The notes under the pieces are model-generated. The model was not told the origin of the DNA and did no database searches. It saw only the letters and a program-made list of their open reading frames with translations. This document shows, one piece after another, positions 10,677 through 22,900 of a stretch of DNA of 64,000 bases (within the stretch, counting starts at the first letter, position 1; every line of letters begins with the position of its first letter). The translations under genes were made by a program, and so were the position numbers. The DNA comes from Naegleria gruberi (lineage: Eukaryota), in assembly GCA_000004985.1 (NCBI GenBank), contig GG738865.1. One strand, 5' to 3'.

Positions 10677-12109
10677 ATGTTCAAACGTGTTGATAAGCTT
10701 TTATTTGACTTGGGTTATTGTTCCAAAGTCGGAATCAGGGTAAGTATTATTATTGCAAACTATTTAAATATCATATATTTAATAATATTTAGCATTTTCT
10801 TCGTAATAATGAATTAACCATTATGAAACAACAACCAGGAAGTAAAAAAGTAACCTATGAAAAGTTTACAGGAAGTAAGAAACAACTCCGACAAGTCATT
10901 GGTACAAATAATTTATTAATTAATGGACAACCTGTTCATACATCGGATCCTTTAATTATTGCTTTTGATAAACCTGTTGATTGGTTGTCTGATGGATTAG
11001 GTTCTTTATATGATTATCAACATTTTCAATATCATCAGAAATTGAAGAAGGGAATACAATTGGGAAGTGAAACACCTATTGAAATTTTGAATGAGGAAAA
11101 TGAAAATATGGAAGAAGAGGAATATGATGAGGAATATGATTCAGAACAATTGGAAGAAGTTTCACAAAGTTATTCTGTTCTTGATTTATTACCAAAGGAA
11201 TATCCATTGAGAAAACCAGGTTTTGATTCGATATTACCACTTCCAGATTCCATTGGTGGATTGACTGTTGTTACACAATTGTACACTCTTGTGAAAGCTT
11301 TTAGATCAGTAAGAGCTCCATGTAAGAGAGTATATAGAATTCAAACAAGAGATAAATTTACTGGTTTAGAGGACGAGGCCTTGTTGCATTTCAGATCTGA
11401 TATTAAGGATTCTTTGAAGAGGATTATTAATCCACCTGAATTTAATGTAATTGATGAGAGAAATAATATTGCTGAAATTACAATTTATGATTACAAACCT
11501 GATAAAATTCAAGAAATGATGTCCTCAATTAGACATCAACTTGTGGATGTTAAGAGAATTGGGTTGGGAGGTTTGACTTTGGATGATTTAAATCTTGAAC
11601 AACCAATAGTTAACGAGGAAGGACAAGTTGAAAATAAGGAAAAAACCTGGGTAAAACTCGACAATGACTTGTTAGAAAAATTAATGAGCTCAAAGAATGA
11701 AGTTGTTGGAAGATTGAGAGTTGAAAAGGATAAGGCTCAATTGAGAAGAGATGAGGAATTGAAGCAGTTTGCAACCTCTTCCAATATTTCATCACTTGAA
11801 TTTGCCAAACAAGATGACGAAGAGTTTGAAAAAGAAACTGTCATTACAGAAGAAATTTTGGGTGTAGATGAAGAATATGACCTTCCAAAGAGAAAGCCAG
11901 AAAAAATCGAAGGAAAATCAGTTAATATTAACCAAATGTCTAAAAACTTGGAATCTGTGGATATTGAGCTTGACGAAGCAGACTTGGAAGAAATGCAAAA
12001 ATGGGGTGAAGAAGAAGAGGCAGCATTTGAAGCAGAAAAGAGGAGAAAAGAAACAGCCTTCTCAAACAAGAAGGGAAAGGCAACAAAGAAGAATAAACGT
12101 AGAAACTAG
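10677..12109 (+). CDS. RsuA/RluB-family pseudouridine synthase-like protein with an S4 domain and an acidic/lysine-rich C-terminal tail
   Basis: Exon 1 10677..10740 (MFKRVDKLLFDLGYCSKVGIR). A GTAAGT intron 10741..10793 (53 nt, phase 1, verified) joins to exon 2 10794..12109. The N-terminus is S4-like (RVDKLL…GY.S…; …LINGQPV..DP). The core resembles RsuA (KRVYRIQTR; EITIYDYKPDKIQEMMSSIRHQLVDVKRIGLGGLTLD versus RsuA …RERIGGITLD). Where RsuA has the catalytic GRLDxDTTGL motif, this protein reads LPLPDSIGGLTVV. The tail is E/K-rich. Confidence 0.6.
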
Positions 12110-12122
12110 GTTGTATCAAAAT

Positions 12123-13192
12123 TTAGTGGAATGTTTCAATAATACCAGAAAATGTTTGGAAGGCATCATAGATGAAATAATTATTGAGTGGCTTTCTATC
12201 TCTAGTGATAATTGAGATGATTTCTTGACCAATTTCACCTCCAGCAATAGCACATACTGAATTAATTTCAGTATTAGCAAACTTACACAAGAATGTAGCA
12301 AATTCACTATCTATGAGGTCCAATTGCTTTAATGTAACATGAGGAATAACTTTTTGAACTGCTCCACTATTCTTGAATTCTATTAACTTTTCACCATCAT
12401 TTATCGAAGGAAGGCACTTATTGACTGATTGATAAATAAGTAAAAGCATGACACTCAACCATACTTTTGATAAATGTCTTTGCTTTGATAAATCATGTTG
12501 AAGGGATTTTTCCAATGAAACAAATGATTCAGTCTTTTCCACAATTTGTGGGGTTTTTCTAACACAATTAATAAATCATCTCATTAATAAACACTTACAT
12601 CTTGTAATTGAAATTGTCAAGATAGTCTTGGAATGAAAGAACAAATAATCCAAAACTAGTTGTTGAAATAAATAAAATGTTCTTTTGTCTACAAATATTA
12701 TTAACATTAATCTAAAGATGACAAGTGTTAAATAATTAAATTAAATTTCCACACACATACTTGAAGATCCAATGGTACATTATTAAGAATAACAAAATCA
12801 AATGCATCATAAAATTCACTTGGCTTTTCCGAAAGAGAACCTTCTTCAAAGGTGACTTTCATCAAAGGATTCAATTCTTGTAAATTAGGGAAACAAGCCT
12901 TGGCTCTATTTTCACCAACATCCGATTCTCTCACCAGGAAATTACATCCAAGATCCAAGTGATTTACTTTTTGATCGTCCATAATATGTACATGTCCAAC
13001 ACCAGACAAGACAATATTCTTGCAAATTTCCGTACACAATCCAGTCATTCCGTAAACCAAAACTCTAGTTCTCAACAATCTTCCTTGTGATTCCACTCCC
13101 CACAAACGAATTTGACGATCATAGATTTTAGCTTGCTCATCAGACAAGACTTGTTCCGTTCCACCATTAGCAGTATGTTCCACTCCCTCCAT
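12123..13192 (-). CDS. SUMO-activating enzyme subunit 1 (Aos1/SAE1, ThiF family), 3 exons
   Basis: Real ATG at 13192. Exon 1 contains YDRQIRLWGVESQGRLLRTRVLVYGMTGLCTEICKNIVLSGVG (ThiF/E1 nucleotide-binding fold). A GTATGT intron ~12760..12710 leads to exon 2 (INVNNICRQKNILFISTTSFGLFVLSF…), which matches the SAE1 …EICRK…FF.GDVFG segment. A GTAAGT intron ~12598..12559 (40 nt) leads to exon 3, ending at 12123. Junction phases were checked. Confidence 0.8.
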
Positions 13193-13426
13193 TTTCGTTG
13201 TTGTATTTTTTTTAATTAAATTTTAAATATAATTTAAAATAAATTTATAAATGATTTTTCTATCATTATTTATTCTTCTTGTTTTTCATTGGAATGACCA
13301 ATATCCAATCCTTGTAATTCTTTCTTGTTGTTGTTTTAACATTTTGTAATTTCCCGCCAATTTCATCTGTTTTAAATTTTAAAAAAATTCAAACAATTTC
13401 CTTTCATTTTCTCATAAGAAATAACA

Positions 13427-14533
13427 ATGGAGACTGTTTGTGTTACAGGAGCTAATGGATTTGTAGGATCACACATTGTCAGGGAATTATTGGCAATGGG
13501 ACAATACAAAGTTTGTGGAACCATCCGATACGATCCGCACAGCTCCGATCCACTGATACAATGTAAATTCATTCATCTGATGAATTTTCCAAATGCAAAG
13601 GAAAATCTGGAATTATTTAGAGCTGATGTGATGGAGGAAGGATCATTCGATAGTATCATTTCGAAATGTAATTATGTGATTCATACAGCATGTCCTTTCT
13701 ATTTGACTCCCACTGTGAATGATACGCACAATGCTGAAATTAAGTTATTGGATCCTGCAGTGAAGGGAACGAGAAATGTGTTAAACTCTGTGGAGAAATA
13801 TAGAGATAGAGTGAAGAGGGTGATTGTTACGAGTAGTACTGGGGCTTTAATTGGATTTGCTGATAGAGTATTTGGAAAGGTTTATTATGAGACGGATTGG
13901 AATGAGAAATCATCTCTGATTAGTAATCCATTTGCATATAGCAAAACTATGGCTGAGAAGGAAGCATGGAAATGGTATCAGGAAATGATTGATAAATATT
14001 CGAATGAAAGAAATGGAAATATACCTGTGGAGGTAGTGAGCTTGAATCCTGTTCTAATTATTGGACCTATTCTTCAAGTGGATAGAGTGAAAATTGGTGG
14101 AATTGGAGAGCTCAATTTCAGTAACAAGTTAATTTTCAATCACATGATGAAATCAAAGATAATTCCAGGAGATGATGGTAAAACAACAAAGGCAGACGGT
14201 TTCAGTATTGTCGATGTTAGAGATGTGGCAAAAGCTCATGTACTGGCTCTCACTTGCCCCAATGTTAGTGGTGAACGATTCGTCCTAGTGAGTGAAAAAT
14301 ATCAATGGATTTCTATGAGCAGAGCCATCTCTAAACAATTTCCTCAAATCACAACCATTCCCCACATTATCAAGGATGAAATGGGAGAAGAGGAGGGCCT
14401 GTACAAAATGTTGAACTTTTCCAACTCGAAATTCCAACAATATTTTGGATATGGAGATTTCATTCCAATTGAAAAGTGCATTCTCGACACTACAGAATGC
14501 TTTATAAGCAATCAATTCGACCAACTGTTGTAA
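13427..14533 (+). CDS. NAD(P)-dependent epimerase/dehydratase family protein (cinnamoyl-CoA/dihydroflavonol reductase-like)
   Basis: Real ATG at 13427. An N-terminal Rossmann motif VCVTGANGFVGSHIVRELL is followed by a YxxxK-type extended-SDR architecture. 368 aa in a single exon. Confidence 0.8.
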   Translation: METVCVTGANGFVGSHIVRELLAMGQYKVCGTIRYDPHSSDPLIQCKFIHLMNFPNAKENLELFRADVMEEGSFDSIISKCNYVIHTACPFYLTPTVNDTHNAEIKLLDPAVKGTRNVLNSVEKYRDRVKRVIVTSSTGALIGFADRVFGKVYYETDWNEKSSLISNPFAYSKTMAEKEAWKWYQEMIDKYSNERNGNIPVEVVSLNPVLIIGPILQVDRVKIGGIGELNFSNKLIFNHMMKSKIIPGDDGKTTKADGFSIVDVRDVAKAHVLALTCPNVSGERFVLVSEKYQWISMSRAISKQFPQITTIPHIIKDEMGEEEGLYKMLNFSNSKFQQYFGYGDFIPIEKCILDTTECFISNQFDQLL

Positions 14534-14834
14534 TTGGAAATTACATTTAACAGAATAGATGAAACTTAGTAATAGCTGAAAAAGAATGAATTCTTCTTCA
14601 CATTGCACAACATAGCGCGAATTAGTTCAAAAATACTTTTAACATATTGAATTCAGAAAAAGGCAATCCAATCATCTCCAAGATTCAAAGATTCTCCTTC
14701 GTACAAATTCGAATCATCTCACACACGTGTTTTTCATATTATTACTCCTACAACTCCTCTCCAGGTTGAGTAAAATACTTGATTGTAAACAACTGAGGTT
14801 GAAGAATATCTTTCAAAAAAAAGTTGTAACTTGA

Positions 14835-16751
14835 ATGCCCTCATTACCTTCGACTCCATCACTAAATAATGAAGCCTCGGAAGAGGAGGAGGATGTGTTT
14901 CAGCATCACACAAATAATACATCATCAACATTTTCACCTACGACACGAATAATAGCAACAACACCAGTTGGTATCAATGATGCATTTGTGGATCATCCGA
15001 TTGCCACAGAAATTCGGACGCCACTTAAATCACAATATAGCAATAATCCTTTATCATCGACGGCTTCGTTTAGAAGAGCATTATCTACATCATTTTCTAG
15101 TATTGATTTGAAGGAAATGAAGAATAGAAAGAAGGCACAAGTAGTAAATTACTTTGGAAAGGAAGCTTGGAAATTGAGATGGCGAGGATTTGTTAATTTA
15201 TTGAAATCTAGAAAATTATATGAAACTTTATTAATTTGTTATCTTTTCATTCCACTTGGAGTTGGATTAGCAATGCTAGGACCAACAATGCCAATACTCT
15301 CTAAGAAACTTGGAGTGGCAGAGGGAGAGATGGGTATATTATTCACAATGAGTATGTTATATTCTAATGAAATTTCACATGTTTCTAATGATTGATTAGG
15401 AGGTATTGGATACATTCTTTCATCAATGATTGGTGGATGGGTTTTGGATTTATTGAAAGGAAAGGTTAAATCGATAGTTGTACAGACAATTTTGAATCAG
15501 GTATTATTACTTTTAGGACTTGTTCTTTTGAGTGGAGCTTTTATAACTATTCCTTTCTTGAATAGGTTTTTATTCGTGGCCATGACATATTTCTTTTGTG
15601 GACTTGGTTTGGGATTTATCGATTTGACATCTAATGTTTTAGTAATTTGGGTTTGGGGAAATAATAAGCTTGTTTCTGCTTTCTTGCAATTTTTACATGC
15701 ATGCTTTGGTATTGGTTCATTTATGTGTCCAATTATTGTGAGAATTATCAATGATGCATATCCAACAATTGAGGGACAAGAGGAACATCCAATTAAGAAT
15801 GCATTGGCTTTATCATATTTCATTGGTGCTGGTATTGCTATTAGTGGTGTCATTCCAATTGCTATATTTTGTTTCCTTGCTTATAAACGTCCAGCTGATA
15901 AGAAGGCTACAGAACCAACAAAACAAATTGAACAAATTTCAAAGAGTTTTGAGGATGTTGAGGAGAAGGATTTCAGAAATATTGGTGATATTATGCATGA
16001 TATGGAATTAGAAGAAAAGTCTCAGGACTCTATCGAAGTGAAAAATGAAGAGCCAGAAGAGGAACAAGAGGAACAAGATGAAGAAGAAGAAGAGGGTGAT
16101 AAATTGATACAAGCACCTCTTTGGAAGAAACTTGTAGTGTCTGGTTTGACAGCTTTTGCATTATTGAACTATGTTGGAGCTGAAATTGGTTTTGGTTCAC
16201 TCATTGTTACATATATTGACAAGACTAAGGTCACAACTGAGGATGAAGGATTTTTAATTAATTCTGCCTTTTGGTTGAGTTTTACAATTGCAAGATTTGG
16301 ATGTATTATCTTAACCTCAATATTTTCTGATGCTACCTTACTGGTTTTGGATGCTATTGGATGTTTTGCTGGTATGATTCCATTATTGATTTTCCCATCT
16401 AGTCCAACAGTTTTGTGGATTTCTTCAATTATATTAGGAGCAGCCTTTGCTTCTCAGTATCCTTTGACTATCAGTCTCCCAGCAAGTTATATGAGATTTG
16501 AAGTTTCTGGTTGGATGACCTCAATTATGATTTTAGGAGGTTGTATTGGAGAGCTTTTGATTCCTTTAGGAATGACATTGGCTTTTGAACACATTAGTCC
16601 AGTTTCCATCTTTTACTTGATTTTCATTGCTTGTTGCATTGCTTCAGTTTGTTATGCCATACTCTTGATTGCCTTTAGATTTAAAAAACAAAAGAAAGTA
16701 GAGGAAATAGTGGATGAGGTTGATGACAAATCTACAGAACAAATCGAATAA
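14835..16751 (+). CDS. major facilitator superfamily transporter (MFSD4-like) with an acidic central loop, 2 exons
   Basis: Real ATG at 14835. Exon 1 ends at 15351 (…GILFTM, phase 1). A GTATGT..TTAG intron 15352..15399 (48 nt). Exon 2 15400..16751. There are about 12 hydrophobic segments and a long E/D-rich loop (EEPEEEQEEQDEEEEEGD) between the two halves. Confidence 0.7.
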
Positions 16752-16913
16752 ACTATTGTGTTTCGTTGAAGCGTGACCCTATTTTTTCCTCTCACTTAAA
16801 AGCCTAATTGCACCCTCAACTATTTCAATCTTAAATCAAAGAAATGAATCATTCTATTGGAATGGTTTTTTATTTTAACATTTGAAATAATTCAAATAAT
16901 ATCTACATTTTTT

Positions 16914-19388
16914 TTAATTAAGAGAGGTAGTTGAAGTAGCGACGGATTCTGTTCTTCTCTTCATAGATTTAGATCCTTTTTTCGTATGATCTCCCAATAC
17001 AAACAACTTGTTCAATAAGTGGATTAACATTGGAACGCTTAATGTTACACTATCAAAATCAAGATTATTTTCTTCGTTAGCTTGTTTTTCCAAGAGTTCA
17101 TTCAAATCCAATTCTGATTTGATTGCAACAATTCCTGTTGCATTCACTACAACTACAAATATACCAGGTTTAGTTGATGAAATCTGAATTTTTACCATCT
17201 TTTTAAGGGTACTTGATAGTGTGGTGTTAGCAATAACACCCTTCTTTTCCAAGTCACTGAATTTGAAAGTAAAAGGTCCAACTGATCCTTTATCGGATGA
17301 ATCGGTTGGTTTGAATGTCTTGGAAAGTGTATTAGTAAAATAGGTATTATACATGTCTAGTTGGGTTTTGAGATACTCCCTCTTTTCGTTGATATCACTT
17401 AATACTGATGTAAGGACTTCAATCTTCTTTTTAAGTGTTTTTCTCATGAGCTTTTTTGTTTCCAATTCTTCAAATATTTCCTTGACTAACATGGTATCAA
17501 ATTCTTTCTGTTCTTCTTCAGTTATTTGGTCTTGTAAAAGTTTGAGTTGATCGATAGCTACTCCAATTCTCTTAGCAAATTCTGAGTTTTGTCTTTCATT
17601 ACATAATGTTTCACCTGCTAATAAAACATCTGAAATACTATAGGTAATGTCATCCTTTGGAAGAGAAGGCAAGTCTCTTAAAACAGTACTAATAAGATCT
17701 TTGACATTCTTTTTCAGAGTTGAATTATTTGCTAGACTGTCATTTAACTCTATAATTTGAGTTGGATTTTTCAACTTTAAATTGAAATAATAGTTATTCT
17801 TGGGCGAGAGAGCTTCTGGGGGAGGCCCAAACTTGTTCAATTGTTGAATAAACTTGTACAACAATTCATCAAATTCTGTTTTAGATGGTTGAGCTGATTC
17901 AGATGAAGATTCAATAGTCAATCGAGCACCACCAGTGTTTGCTGGTGTAGTTATTTCTTTCTTTTCACTATTATACATTGGCGAAGTTATAGTATCAATA
18001 TTTTCAAAGCAAAGTCTGTGAATGAGGGCAACTTCGTTATATGAAATGTTAACTGCTCCCACATCTCCAGAAAGTTCGAAAATTTCTGCCAACTCTAACT
18101 TTTCAGCAATTTCATCAATATCGCACATTCTCTTCATGTATTCGTGCATTTGTTTTGTGTACTTTTCTATAATTACATTGAGAGGAATCATATATTTTTC
18201 TTTAGCACCAAATGGAATACCATTACTCAAATTTTGAATTACTTTACAAATCATGGTAAGACTCTTTCTTTGATTGGTAGTTAATTTCTCTTGAATGATA
18301 TTCGATTGATCACTATCACAAGTGGTAATGGCTGGATTCACCCATCTCAAAAATATTAAGCCACCACAAAGTGAATAAATTTCCGTTTCTGTAGCATTAT
18401 TATAGGTTTCTTTACCGTATTGAAGAATTCTCTTACACATAAATCTAACACCGTATGGTGTTTCATCTACTGATTGGAAAATTCTTACCAAAAATTGTTC
18501 AACAGATTCAATGATTTTTTGTACGCGAGGTTTGATAATTTCAATAACCCTTTCATCATTTTCTGCTTCCTCTTCTGTTGCATTCATTGGGCCATCCCAA
18601 CTCTTTCCCTCTTGTAAGGCCTTTTGAACTAGTTGTTGATAAATTTTGTGAGAATTAATTTCCATATTTAAGGTCTTGTCGTTAATTACTTGTTCTATTG
18701 GCTCCTTAAGAACTTTCAATAGGAATTTATGATACATTGTACGACGAAGCATAGTTCCCAACATCTTAGTAAATGCTGTATTAGATCTCATGAATTCACC
18801 AATATATGAACATGTTTGATACTCCTTAGCTAAAACTCTTTCAAAAAGCATTAAGAGTAAATGTTCTTCTCTCTCATCAAATTGATCTCCAAATAATGTA
18901 AATACTACAGTTTGTAAAAACGTATCAACTTCTTTACCACGAATTAATCTTGTCAATATGGCAAGGTATTTAGGATCCTTTCTAAAGATGTAGAATATCT
19001 TTTGATAAATTGCTATAGCTTCATCTCTGAAACCCTGAGCATCATCTCTAGTTTTCATTTTGACTTTCTCAAATGATGAATCCAAAAGCTTTTTCATATC
19101 TTCTGCTTGAACATGGTTCTTGATGAGTAATCTAATCTTGTTTCCGAGAATTTCTACTTGTTGTTCAATAACCCAATTTTGTTTGGCCTCCAAAACTAAA
19201 TTCTTCTTCAATTCCGTTAATTTATCAACATCCTTGCTAGTTTCATCTTCAATTGCTTTACCTTCCTTCTTTAAAAAGGATTGAAGAGATTTTACAGAAA
19301 AGGTTCGAGAAAGAACAGCAACAGATGAAGTTGGTGGAGGAGGAATATAATTAGTGTGTTTTTCTTGTTGTATCGAATCGACGGACAT
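16914..19388 (-). CDS. IQGAP-related RasGAP-domain protein (824 aa)
   Basis: Real ATG at 19388. The RasGAP core reads YGVRFMCKRILQY…LCGGLIFLRWVNPAITTCDSDQS (the FLR..NPA signature), followed by a RasGAP_C-like coiled-coil region. The size and architecture resemble DGAP1/GAPA-type IQGAP-related proteins of amoebae. Confidence 0.75.
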   Translation of the reverse strand: MSVDSIQQEKHTNYIPPPPTSSVAVLSRTFSVKSLQSFLKKEGKAIEDETSKDVDKLTELKKNLVLEAKQNWVIEQQVEILGNKIRLLIKNHVQAEDMKKLLDSSFEKVKMKTRDDAQGFRDEAIAIYQKIFYIFRKDPKYLAILTRLIRGKEVDTFLQTVVFTLFGDQFDEREEHLLLMLFERVLAKEYQTCSYIGEFMRSNTAFTKMLGTMLRRTMYHKFLLKVLKEPIEQVINDKTLNMEINSHKIYQQLVQKALQEGKSWDGPMNATEEEAENDERVIEIIKPRVQKIIESVEQFLVRIFQSVDETPYGVRFMCKRILQYGKETYNNATETEIYSLCGGLIFLRWVNPAITTCDSDQSNIIQEKLTTNQRKSLTMICKVIQNLSNGIPFGAKEKYMIPLNVIIEKYTKQMHEYMKRMCDIDEIAEKLELAEIFELSGDVGAVNISYNEVALIHRLCFENIDTITSPMYNSEKKEITTPANTGGARLTIESSSESAQPSKTEFDELLYKFIQQLNKFGPPPEALSPKNNYYFNLKLKNPTQIIELNDSLANNSTLKKNVKDLISTVLRDLPSLPKDDITYSISDVLLAGETLCNERQNSEFAKRIGVAIDQLKLLQDQITEEEQKEFDTMLVKEIFEELETKKLMRKTLKKKIEVLTSVLSDINEKREYLKTQLDMYNTYFTNTLSKTFKPTDSSDKGSVGPFTFKFSDLEKKGVIANTTLSSTLKKMVKIQISSTKPGIFVVVVNATGIVAIKSELDLNELLEKQANEENNLDFDSVTLSVPMLIHLLNKLFVLGDHTKKGSKSMKRRTESVATSTTSLN

Positions 19389-19993
19389 GATGATGATAAT
19401 TCTATAATTTCTACTACTCTCTTTAATTAGCTACAATTAATAAATATAATTATTATAATAATAATATTAGCAATATTTCATCCACACTTTCTCTCTCAAT
19501 TAATAACAATTAATGTTCTAATTATTATTATTATAATAAAAATTGGTGGTGTTGGCTACTACTACGAACACCACACTCTCCCAGTGCTATATTCAATCTA
19601 TTGGACTAACACTCCACGGTATTGCTGCTCAAACTCTGTGTTAGGCTATGAAATCCCCGAAAGTTAAAAAAAACTTTTTTTTCGTGATGAAGAGAATTTC
19701 ATTCATTTCTGTAACAGAGCATAAACTTGTCTTGACAACGGCGTAACGGTTGATAAGAGGAGGAACAAACTCGTCAAGTATGAAGTGAAAGAATCAAAAA
19801 GGTAAAAAAGCTCCACTTAAGATAATTATGTGAGGAGCTGTTCTGTGAGGGAGTGATCCTTGCAACGTTGCCAATTCATCAAAATATCTAAGAATTGTAA
19901 GAATCAACTACATTTAACTACTACTGTTGTTGTTACTGCTGATTTACAGCAGTTAATAGTTCAGAGATAAGGAGAATATATTCATCCAAGACT

Positions 19994-22900
19994 TTATTGC
20001 ATATCATATTCAATGATGAATTGTTGGGTATGAATTGCTTGTTTTTCAGTGTCCATAATTTTCATGGTGCAGACAGTTTTCTTTGCTTTCAATGCAAAGT
20101 AATCACCAACATTTCTCAGATCAGTGATTAACACTACCTTATCTTCATTCTTTTCGAATTGACCTAATAATAATTGGAACACTGTTTCGTTATCACTCTT
20201 GATAAATTCATCCAAGAAACAGTTCAAACCAGTGTTGGCATAAAAGACAAATTTCACACGATAGGATGCACTAAGTGGAAGTTTGATGGTTGTTATATCG
20301 TATGGATCCAATAGGATTTCTTTCTGCTCTGTTGATTTGGCATAGGTCACTAAGGCACAAACTGATTCAATATTGATTGGATCAGCTTCTGGAGGTCTGA
20401 CAGTCACAATGTATTCCTTCTTACTGAGCTTTACATTGGATTTTTGTGCTTTCATATCTTCCACAAACACTACATGTCTGTTATCACCCTTTGATGGGTT
20501 GAATGGGAATCTATTCGAAACATGAATTGGAATATTCTTAACTTTTTGAATGGCAGCAACAATCTCAGTTCTTCTCCAAGAAGAGTACAAAAAGTCGTAC
20601 GAGTTTGGAACCTTGAGGACAAAGTATCCATCAGTGTATGTACTAACATAGATACTTTCAATATCTGAAATATCAACTCGTCTCTTCACCTTAAAATTGG
20701 AAGGATCAATATTGTAAACAGCCAAATCACTAACAAGGAATATTCTTCTCTGAATCTTACACTTATCATTAATCTTATCTAGTTTGTCAGCAAACAAAAC
20801 TTCCCTATCACCATTCTTTGAAAATGTCATTTGAAGTTGAAGATTTCCTTCAGCATTGATATAATCACGAAGATAGGAGAAGTTCAATGAACAACGACTT
20901 CTCTTCTTCTTATTCAGGTAAATATCATCAAAACCAAACATTTTGCCTTCCATTTTACCTTCATTTCCAACAATGACCCAACGATGTTCCTTTTGGAAAC
21001 AATTACTAACAATATATCTCACTAGTGAGAGGACAATATTTCCTTTCACTGGTGGATCTGCTTTGGTGAGGCCGTTAATGAGCTTAGTTGCCAATGGTGC
21101 AGTATATCTATCGATAAAGTATCTCACTTCATTTTCCTTCTTTGTGAGACGAGTTGCAATTCTGAATTGAGAGCTTTCAATTTCATTTTTGGAAATGAGT
21201 GATTTGATTTCTCCTTCAATCTTTTGAATTTGACCAAAAAGTTGAACCTTACTGGAATATTCTAAAGGACATGTTGAATAGTATTCAAAATCTGATTCCA
21301 ATAAGAATTCTATACTCTCTAACAGAACAATGATAACAATCAGTTCTTGAACGAGAGGAAGTGATTGACCCATGAATGATTTCACATGTTTGAATGATAC
21401 GTTGGTTTTCTTCTTATTTTGGAATGAAAGAATGTTCAATACTGTGGTTTTCAACATTTTGTAATCTGTTGGAAGATTGACCTCCTTTCTAAAATCAAAC
21501 AAGATGTTCAATCGTAAACTTCTTATCAGGGAAAGCACAAATGATTTCAAAGAAGAACTGCAAGCCAACTCAGTAATCGGAAGGATACTCTCCTGACCAA
21601 TTCTCTCCTGTCTGAAAAAGTTGGCATCCCACCTATCATCAATTCCTTTTTCCTTGTGGTAGGCCAAGAAGAACTGAAGAGAAAGGTAATCCTTTTGGGT
21701 AATTTCTGGGAAGAGAGTAGTATTTTGAGAGTTTTGCTTTTGTTCATCGACAATTAATAAATCATTTTCAATTTGTTGAGTATATTCCTTTCCTTTGGTT
21801 TCAATATCTTCGTTAATCATTTTAGCATATTTGAGAACAGATTCATTTTGTAAAATATCACATGGATTTGGTCTATCAAAATCAGAACTTGACAATAGAG
21901 ATAATGTAATGTCTACCAATGCTTTGGCATCCTGTAAGAGTTCTTCCTCCAATTGCTTCTTTCTCTTTTTTGTCACTTGGGAAACACCTAAATTGCTTGG
22001 CTCGTGTTCAACTGCAAAATCGCCCTGAGAGAGGTAAGTTTCCAACTGTTGTTTCACAACATGCAAATCCAATGAACGACGTTCCTTGAGTTTCATCATT
22101 TCCTTCTGATCATCCTCTTCAAAACAAACAGGTTTGCATGTCAATAATTGATAGAGTAAAATACCCAGACCCCATCGATCATCAAACTCTGTTGTTCCAT
22201 AAAACTCTTCAGGATAATTGATATTTTCTGGTGGGACAGGTGTTAAAATGTAATCGAAATGAGAATGTTGCAATAGCTTCTCATTTTCCTTATTGTCATC
22301 TGAAATGACAACATTCTTCTTGATTAGATTCTTTTGCATACATGGGAAATTTGTTAAAAAGTACTTGTAATGACCTGTTTGCTCAAATTCAACAAGAATA
22401 TTGTGAAGTGTCAAATGTCCATGTCTAGATAATACTTCCTGAACATAATCATCAATTTCACTACTCGAAGCAATTGAAATTCTTTCTGAAATAGTTGAAT
22501 CTGATTTGGAAAGGGCAGATAAACTCTGTTTCACTTTCATTCCACTCAAAGTAGAAGCAACTTGAATGAGCAAGTTGTAAATTGAAAGTAAGGAAAATTT
22601 CTTATTGAGTTTCTGATATTTGGAAACCAATTGAAATAAATCTCCATCTCCACAATATTCCATCGAAACAAATGTTAAATTATTCGATTTTTTCTTTCTA
22701 GCTAAGAATGAACTGGCAGAAACAAATTCTGATGTCATTGGTTGTGAGAGAATGGTATCTTCATCTGTGGTCATTGAAGAATTGGATTGAAATTTGAATA
22801 ATCTATTCAATCTAACAACATTATATGAAGATAATGAAATTGCCTTTAACTTTTCAAACTGTTTTATCCAATCAAAACATTTCCATGATATCATGCATCA

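Noticed and set aside
11737-12069. 110-aa serine-rich minus-strand ORF inside the RsuA-like gene
   Set aside because: It is the antisense of the E/K-rich acidic tail, with GAA/GAG read backwards giving TTC/CTC, which produces S/L/F runs. It has no independent start context and is fully nested in a well-supported sense gene.
19640-19690. AAAGTT-A7-AACTTT partial palindrome followed by a T-run in the spacer upstream of the IQGAP-like gene
   Set aside because: The repeat is imperfect and sits in an A/T homopolymer context, where such symmetry arises by chance. There is no supporting conservation or second copy.
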